From Vermamoeba vermiformis (Eukaryota), in the NCBI GenBank assembly GCA_045837725.1, contig JBEWZL010000064.1:186001-250000 (forward strand): a stretch of 64,000 bases of DNA, in the 5' to 3' direction. The notes beneath the pieces are model-generated. The model saw nothing but the letters and a program-made list of their open reading frames with translations, had not been told where the DNA came from and made no database searches. Both the position numbers and the translations under genes were made by a program. Every line of letters starts with the position of its first letter. Position 1 is the first letter of the stretch. Shown here piece by piece: positions 55,771 through 64,000 of this stretch.

Positions 55771-57467
55771 TTACCACCCTTCCTCTTCAATTTGTTTCTT
55801 AATCTTTTCAATGTCTTTCTTCTTCAAGTCAAAGTGTTTAATCAGTGCTTTGAGGTTGTCAGGCAGTGATTTGTTTTGATGATCTGGTGCGTGCTTTAAC
55901 AACACTTTCCAACGCACTTGGATCGCTTTGTAGGCCCATTTCTTGCTTAGTTGTGACAATGTGATTTCTGATTCGTCTTGTGGATACATGCTATGCACTC
56001 TATACGCATAGTTAGCTCGGTCAATCAGATCTAATTATAACAAGTCCTTACTTGACGAGTAGTTTCTTAGAATCTTCATCGGTCCACTCCATGATAGACT
56101 TTTGTTTTGAAGGATCAAGTTTACGCCTATGAGAGATGGTTATAATCGATATTCAAGCAGATCTATTGACTTACCATCGAGCTCGGCATGCGTCTTGATT
56201 TCTCGTGCCTACTCGCGAACAAACAATGCCCCATAATATAGGTGGTGAATCATCATCAGGCAATTTACCATAATTCGTTTCTTTGAGCGCAGCAAGCAAT
56301 TTCTAAATGAGCAGTCAGATCTGGTTCTCAATGGCCGTTACAAAAGGCGAGTACTCACCGCATCCTCCTCTTCAGTCCATTTACCCGTAGCCAATGCATC
56401 TACATCCTTAATCTCGCGCCACTTGTCTCTGCAGGCAGTGGGCAATCGACCCAATTCAGTGCCGATCCGCCGCCAAGAGGTGTTGTACTCTTTAACTAGC
56501 TGTTCCAGTCGTTCAATATCTTCCTCAGACCAGCTACCCTTGTAGTTATTCGGATTGAATCTACAAAAGCCTTATTAGAATCCTGCTCAATAAATGTAAG
56601 CGGATTTGCTGCTTACGTTCTTCGGCAATGTGACGCCACTGATCTCCATTCGCGGTCAGGCAATACACTAGCTATACAACATGTTAGCGTATGATATTGG
56701 CGGTCTAATTCACGCGTACCAATCTCGATCCAAGCGCCTTGTCGCTCTTTCATCTTGCCGTTGCATATTTTATCCAATCCTTCGTCTTTCTCCCATCCTA
56801 CGACATCATTAACACGTATGTACTATTATAGAGTGTTCAACCCACCTTGAGAGTTAATGTAGTCCAAGATCTTATTCTCGAGTAGCTCGTTCTCAGCTTT
56901 AGAGTATTTGCCTTGCTTAGTGGCAATGTTAGTATCGCTCATTTCATCAGCTGTATCTGCTTTAGCATTGGTACTGCTCTCTTCTTCTTCTTCAGCCTTC
57001 TTGGACTTGGATTTCTTCTTCTTTTTCTTCTCTTTCTTGCTGGATTCGGCTGCGACACCTTCATCGACTTCAATAGGCTCAGCTGGCTCGGGCTTCTTTT
57101 TCTTCTTCTTCTTCTTTTTCTTTTTCTCAGAATCATTCGTGTTGTTTTCGCTTGCAGCCGGTTCCTGATCGTGATCTGCTTCGTCTTTTTTCGATTTTTC
57201 TTTTCTACGTTTTTTCTTTTGTTTCTCTTCTTTACCACTGCCTTCTTCTTCAGTCTTATCACTCTTCTTTGATTTTTTAGATTTTTTCTTTTGCGTTGAC
57301 TCTACATCCTTGTCAACGACCTCCTCGTTTATTTTTTCCTCTTCATTAGTCTTATTTTCAGTCTCTTGGTTCTTCTTGCTCTTCTTTTTCTTGCGCTTGT
57401 GCTCTAATTCAACTTCCTCTTCGGCCTCTTCATCGCGCTTTCTCTTTTTTGAACTTTTCTCGCTCAT
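55771..57467 (-). CDS. Myb-repeat protein, Reb1/TTF1/DMTF1-like, with a Lys/Glu-rich N-terminus
   Basis: GKYSKAENELL, AWIEI|ASVLPDR, NYKGSWSEED, SWRRIGTELGRLPTACRDKWR, GKWTEEED, WGIVCSRVGTRNQDACRARW. Confidence 0.85.
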
Positions 57468-57704
57468 AGTGAATCCGATCTACTTCTCACGATTAAAAAT
57501 AAGAATACTAGTAGTCTATTATTGATACAATACTATCGCGTGAATAAATGTTATCGTGAAATAACGGTTTTATGTTTCACAAGGGCGCGAAATAAAAAAT
57601 AGTTTGCTGATCGAAAAGTATTGTTCTTTTCTGGCCGAAAAAGGAGAAAACGAACCGCTAAATTATTTAAGTAGCACTTGTATATATCTCTACTCCAAAA
57701 TTAG

Positions 57705-59213
57705 CCGGACGTTGACTCGATTGTGGCGAGGCGTGATTGTGCCTTGCTTTCTTTTTTTCTTTCGGATTTGCTGTTGCTGCTGCTTGTGCTGTGGCAGGCC
57801 GAAGAGGCTAGCACATCATAGAAGACGATCAACACGTGGTCTAGGCGATATTTTGAATGTTCATGCTGTCAAAGAGACCGATCACGTAGAGATTGAAAAA
57901 GACGAGCTCGGAAATACGATTTTAAATGGAGAATATTTGATCAGCACGACTATAGAGCAAGGTTCATATGGAAAAATTAAATTAGCACGTCATATCACCT
58001 CTGGAGAGCTTTATGTAAGTCAATTTTTATTCAAATAATTCAATTAAAAATTTCAATATGATTAATTTGATTCGAAATACTAGGCAATCAAGATATACAA
58101 TAAGACCCTATTAAAGCGTAAAGTGATTGGTATTAAACGTGGCGTTGCATTTGACAACGTGCAACGTGAGCTTGCAATTATGCGTCAAATGAACCACAAG
58201 AACGTTGTTAAATTGCATGAAGTGATTGACGACCCTGAAGATGATAAGTTATATTTAAGTAAGTCAAATATCTTCGGAGTAATAACAAAAATCATTTTGG
58301 ATCTTGATTGTTTGCGTGTACAATTATTATTATTTAATGTCTAATAATGTAATTAGTTATGGAATATGTCAAAGGCGGTCCTGTCATGAAACTCGAGCCT
58401 GACACGAAGCCATTGCCCGAAGAGACAGCCAAAAAATATTTTTGCGACATTGTCAATGGTCTCGAATATTGTAAGCACGATATGAATATGAATTACATGT
58501 ACTTACCGTTTTGTATGGCCTAGTGCATAGTTTGCACGTTGCGCATCGAGATATCAAGCCCGACAATTTGCTCGTGTCAGAAGATGGTACAGTGAAGATC
58601 TGTGACTTCAGTGTGTCGCAGAGTTTTGAAGACAACGACGACAGATTGACGTACAGTGCTGGCAGTCCCGTCTTCTTGTCGCCTGAGCTCTGTGAACGTA
58701 AGTCTTGAATTACCAACTCACCACTAGGCCTTCAAAGTTATCGACATGCATCACTTACCCATCACAAATCCTCAATTATTAGTGCTAATTTTTCCGTTAT
58801 TAATTAGCTGGCACTACGCCACAAGGTCGAGCAGCAGATATTTGGGCCCTGGGCGTGTGTCTCTACTGCTTCATCTTCGGCACTTGTCCCTTCTTGGGCA
58901 ACAACATTGTGGACATTTATCAAAAGATTAGAAACGACGAGTACGTTGTAGTGTGACGTTATTAGTGGTCTAATATTAACTGACTCTATTGTAGGATAAA
59001 ATTTCCGAGAGATATTCCGCCTGCTTTAGCGGATCTGTTGCATAAACTGCTGACGAAGAATCCAAAACAGCGCATTACGATTAACGAGATTAAGGTATGG
59101 TAGCAACGTATGTATACATGTCTAGAGTGATATTAATTGACTAATAGGACCATCCTTGGGTACGCGGCATGTTCCCGAAGAAAAACGAAAGGACGTGGCG
59201 CAGAAGACGTTAA
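57705..59213 (+). CDS. CaMKK/GRIK/SAK1-like Ser/Thr kinase with an N-terminal Cys cluster; start codon unresolved
   Basis: QGSYGKIKL, RELAIMRQMNHKNVVKLHEVIDDPEDDKLYL, HRDIKPDNLL, ICDFSVS, AGSPVFLSPE, DIWALGV. Confidence 0.85.
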
Positions 59214-59341
59214 AATGAGGTTGTAAAGCATTGTAATGCGCTTATTTATTGATGTAAATACAAGATATAAGTCGAAATAACGAGTTAAATACTTTTCTTC
59301 GTCATGAAAGTTATTATTATTTTTTTTCATTGTCGATCGCA

Positions 59342-60914
59342 ATGCAACCTCCGAACATGTTCTCGATCTTCTCGCGTCCCCCGAAGAACCCTTCTGCATT
59401 AGGCAAGAATGCTCAGGAGGCTATACAAGGGTTTGCACAGCTAGGCATCTCCGTCAGAGTGCTGCCCAAGCCTACGAGACCCAACCCGAAGTGGTGGGAG
59501 CTGAACGAATTGAATGCACCAATAACAGTGATTGGTGGCAAAGTATATGCGCTGTATAATGGACAATATTACGAGGCTGTGGTACGTAATTATATAATAC
59601 CTTTTTAGATCTAGAAAAATTATAATTGCTGGTGTCATCATTAGTAAATTAAATTATAATGATAATTCTATTAGTGCCGTGCTATTCGCAGATACATCAA
59701 GACGAGCCATAATCCTTCGGAAGAGGCGGACCTTCCACAGCGCAGTTTGCACACGTATTTATATTTAGTTCAGTTCCTATACGAGCCTGATGAAGGGTAA
59801 ATACATCATTAGTTATATATTTAATTTTAAAATAATATTTAGAATTTTGCACTACGAGTGGCTGAACGAGTCAGAGTTATATCCCTATGAATTCAAGCCA
59901 AAACAGCTCACCAGATTTTTAAATGCCCCAAAAATGCTTGGCGAGCCTAAGAAGATGTCTTCAGTAAAAAAGGGCGGCAATAAACAAAAGGGTAAGTGCG
60001 ATCCAGCGGATCCGAACAAAAGAAAAAATCATTAAATATTGTCTTGCAGCTAAATGGACCAAGAAGAAGAAAGAGCCCACAGAAGAAGAGGTATTGCATC
60101 ATAGTACATTAATGTGCCTGTTATTAACTCGTTCTCAGGCCTTTGACAGCGACAACGACTCGCACCTCAAATTTCCGATACCAGCTGCAGTGCGCAAGAG
60201 ACTGCTCGAGGAGTGGACGATGATTAATACTGAGAAGACGGTACGATTATTAGCTTTATTTATTATACCACGCTCAACAAATGCGAATAAGAAATTTTTT
60301 GGTAGCAGCGAAGATCTGGTATTAATAGATTCATTGATAATATAGGTCGTACCTCTGCCCAAGAAGCCCAATGTGCATGAAATTCTTACTACCTTCTTTA
60401 CTGAAGCTACGAGCATCAATGAAGATCCGGAGAATCCTCTCGACATTACTGGTATGTTTTAACGCTGTTTAATACTGCCTTACTAATATGATACTATTGT
60501 AGTGAATGATTTTACACGCATGTTCAATATTTACATCGGCTTGGCCTTACTTTATCGTTATGAAAGACCGCAGTACGAACAGATCTTCAATCAACGTCCT
60601 AAAGTTCCTATGGCCGCAGTATATGGTGCCGAACACTTACTAAGACTATCAGGTACGTAATCGAGTTGAATATTGACTTTGTAGGCGAGTAGATCCGGAA
60701 CAATATTTTATCAAATTTATTTTTTAAAAAGATGGATCTAATATTGACTTCCTCAGTTAAATTGCCCTCATTGATAGTCAAATTCAACGAGAATCCAGCG
60801 CTCATTCCAGTGGTATTAGAGCTTACAATGTTTTTGAAGGACAATATGACCGCGTACTTCGTTGATGAATATAGCGAGACTGATGACAATTACTTCATCA
60901 AATTGTACTCTTAA
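59342..60914 (+). CDS. MRG15/EAF3-family chromatin protein (divergent chromo-barrel and MRG domain)
   Basis: IPAAVRKRLLEEW, LPKKPNVHEIL, LLYRYERPQY, VYGAEHLLRL|VKLP. Confidence 0.88.
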
Positions 60915-61043
60915 ATCACGTCTCGTGGCTTTGTAATTTTGAAATTGTAAATACCGGTTTTTCCAAAGCAGATCCAAATCCGTTACGCGCTAGTAATTCC
61001 AGCCATCAAATGCACCAATCAACAATTATTTACGTATTTACAA

Positions 61044-62822
61044 TCATTTCTTGGTCATCGTGATCCAGTTTAGCTTTGGATCCAGCATAACCCAAATGTA
61101 ACCCTGTTGCATGTGCAGCATTTTGATGAAACAACGATACGACCACTCATGCTTGGCAGCATCAAGGAGGATCTTTTTCAGCGAATGAGCAAAGAGCGGA
61201 GCGAAGCGTTGCAACTTGGGCGCGTTGGTCGTGGTCTTGGGATAGCGCAAGTCACTGAACGCGGCCAGTGCGAAGGGCATCGAAACGATTGCTTTGGCAC
61301 GCGATTGGAAGGCTTGGCAGTTCAGTCTCTCACCTGCAACAACGAGCACATGAGACGCTATATCAATGCAGCTATGTTGAGCTCCTATATTCACCCACTA
61401 CGTACCGGACTTGAGCTTTCGCAACATGGTGTCAAGAGCGAGCACTTGATCAGCAGCAGAAGTCTGGCCCTGACCGAAGACTGGATTGAAGTTGCACATG
61501 GCATCACCGAGCGCGATCAGTCCGTCGAGCTGAACCTTCTCAAAGTGGCGCAATTCAGTGCCTTCTTTCTTGTACGAGGTCGTGTCAGTGATTGGCGTGC
61601 ACTTGGACAAGTACTCGTGCGCCACGGGGAACTGTTGCAAGAGCTCATTCACCTTGAATACAAAGTTAGTCATATCATTCACAGGGCTACAATAGCTGCA
61701 CTACCTCTTGCTGCGTGCGCGGCAGTTTGGCTTTGTTGTAACCGACCAGTGTTAGACACGACACGCCGTGAGTGTAGGGCAAGACAATGACACCAATCGT
61801 GTTGTTGGGCGCGTAGGGCTGGTAGTAGATGTTGGTGTGCGACAGGCCTTCAGGCTGTTTGTAGAGCTGTGAGACGTACTGGAGATCAGCTTTGACTATT
61901 GTTGACTCAATGTTCGCAATGTTTGACTTGGCTAACATGTCAGCGGTGGGAGACAAGATACCCATGCAGTCAACGACCAGATCTGATTCAATTTTGCCTC
62001 CGTTAGGCAAATCAACACCTTCTTTAGAGACGATAACACCGCTAATACGACCCATAGCACTTTGCGTGTAAGACTCGAACTTGGTCTCTACATCCAATAT
62101 TCGGTTAATTTAAATCGAAATATGATTCAACTCCTTACCATCCATGACCTCTATATTCTTAGTGTTTAACACGCGATCTCGCAGCAAATTTTCGAGCAAA
62201 AAGCGTTGGATTTGTTTGACGGTAATTGAGGTGCCTTTTTGCAATACCAGTAACTTGTTGCCTTCGCTATGCCAAAACAAATCACTGCCATAATCAATCG
62301 AAAACACATCCTTGTTTTTTTCGGGCGATAGTTGCTCCTCTGTAAGTAAAAATCAGATTTTAAACTTCAGATGCAAAGTTAATAAATAAATACTTACCAA
62401 TGCCAGGGAACAATCTAGTGATTATATCGCAGCCCCGAGTGAGGAGAATATGAACAAAGTTGCCATGAGTTGCAACGCTGGCCGAGGAGTTGCGCATCTG
62501 CTTTCTTTCCACAAGGATGACTTTTTGGGCGTGGTTTGACAAGCATTTGGCAGTTAAAAGACCTGATTATCTATTAGATACATACATGGTTTAGTATTTA
62601 ATAATTACCCGAGATGCTGCCGCCCAAAACGACTGCTGTATTTAAAGGTTTGGTTGGATTAACCGAACCAAGCTTGCTTTCGGATAAATTGTCGTGCTCA
62701 AAATGCTATACAAATAATTTAAGTATATTTCTTGACACTGGCTGGCCATTACTTACGCGGATCAGCTTTCTAAAAGCAACAACGACAACGAGCAATAATA
62801 ACAGAAGAAAGAAACCGATCAT
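61044..62822 (-). CDS. FAD-dependent oxidoreductase/monooxygenase with an N-terminal signal anchor
   Basis: AVVLGGSIS|GLLTAKCL..VILVER, HILLTRG, SDLVVDCMG, IALGDAMCNFNPVFGQG; N-terminus MIGFFLLLLLLVVVVAF. Confidence 0.85.
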
Positions 62823-63205
62823 AATGCGTGGTGTTACTGCTATGTTTCAGAAAATATAAATGGTGGTTTGGGGTTTGGGTTTTTGGCGTGGGCTGGTCTA
62901 ATTTTAGACCGGACTTGAATTCGGGTTTATTAAGTCCAGGAAAGGTATTTGGAGCTACGGATGGCCATGTCTTGGTATGATCAGCACTAAAACAATTGAA
63001 ACGCGCCTTAAAAAATAAAATATATTTACTTAGTGAAGTTTTTTTTTCCTAAAACCTTTTATTAAATTTTTCTCGACGCGTGCACCCGGCACGCTACATC
63101 TCACTGTGAAGGCACACGCACCTAGTTCACGCAATGCAGGGTAGGAAGAAGCTCGAATGATTTTTTCGCAGTGACCTCCAGGCCCCGGACTCACTTATAC
63201 CATCA

Positions 63206-63682
63206 CTAAGTTGTTGTTTTTGTAAGCCCTGCCAATATAGGGTTTCTAAGAAGAATTGATTCTTCGGCATCTGGAAGTGGCATCTGTGGGTGTGTAATTA
63301 GGATATTGAGGGTTTTGATCATCCCTAACATGTCGTTCATATTGTTATTATTCATTTTCATTAAAACTAACTTACGTTTCGCTTTTTCATGCTGGATCTG
63401 CTCTTCGGTACTCAAGATCAGATCCACAAAAGCTTCCATGTCAATTTTATATTGTGTTAAACCCGTACTGTGCATTATGTGATACAGAGCTTCAAACGCT
63501 GCCTCAGTAAGCTTTCTATTCGTAACGAAGTCTCGAGCGGATGCAGGATCATTATTTTCCTTGATAGCTTTAATTGCATGATATCCGCCGTCACGATGCA
63601 ATGTATATGCCTCTTTCTCCAACCACAGCTCCGAGCGTTTTTGTGGAGTAGAGGACCGAGATGATGAGATATGAATCTTCAT
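63206..63682 (-). CDS. Hypothetical ORF (158 aa), possibly a fragment of a degenerate gene
   Basis: Open frame in AT-rich DNA with no motif. The upstream MQASPNKRK.. frame does not join cleanly. Confidence 0.3.
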   Translation of the reverse strand: MKIHISSSRSSTPQKRSELWLEKEAYTLHRDGGYHAIKAIKENNDPASARDFVTNRKLTEAAFEALYHIMHSTGLTQYKIDMEAFVDLILSTEEQIQHEKAKRKLVLMKMNNNNMNDMLGMIKTLNILITHPQMPLPDAEESILLRNPILAGLTKTTT

Positions 63683-64000
63683 TGTTTTTCGTTAATCCAA
63701 ATCGTCTCCTTCCCTATGAATATATTTCCTGATCCAATAAAATAATTTTAATTTGTATTCGAAATCCGGCAATACCGATGTTATTTAACTGCCTTGGGCT
63801 TGGTTAATAAATTGATATTATCAGCTCGACTAATTCAGGAATTGAAAAATTTGACTTCGATGTTGTTGCTTCTTGGCTGGCCTATCGTTACTATCGTATT
63901 CAATCTTTCGTTTATTTGGACTTGCTTGCATATTTAGGCGTTGCTGTGGTTGTTGTTCGTGTCTGAAAGCTAAATAACAAATGTAAGATTTGAAGTGGAG

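Noticed and set aside
62861-62886. Telomere-like TTTGGG tract
   Set aside because: Only 2-3 imperfect units, internal, and not a regular array.

Overview
Gene-dense eukaryotic genomic DNA: standard code, many short (~40-150 nt) spliceosomal introns, AATAAA-type signals after stops, and intergenic gaps often under 300 bp. The gene content (RasGEF, P4H, Piwi, SPX-EXS) fits an amoeboid protist; this is inference and the species is not determined. About 28 intron-containing genes were reconstructed by hand. Most are housekeeping: IBA57, RasGEF, LTV1, RPA2, XPR1/SYG1, NMD3, glucosidase II alpha, ATG13, P4H, UMP-CMP kinase, MAK-like kinase, SR protein, THADA, COX19, FCF2, DNAJC11, AMPK alpha, Piwi, ASPSCR1, Myb/Reb1-like, CaMKK-like and MRG15. 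Notable items: (1) a 9-intron gene resembling Campylobacter CiaB / HExxH DPP-III-like metallopeptidases; (2) the 12-bp palindrome TGACACGTGTCA, found exactly 7 times, 6 of them inside introns; (3) AMPK alpha tail-to-tail with an AMPK-beta-type CBM48 protein that lacks the beta C-terminus, with a Cys-rich CaMKK-like kinase nearby; (4) a triple-frameshifted Crinkler-type NTPase+REase gene; (5) an RRM protein ending in a CaaX box; (6) GC-AG introns; (7) a +1 frameshift in P4H. All family assignments rest on recalled motifs, not database searches. CDS coordinates span introns.
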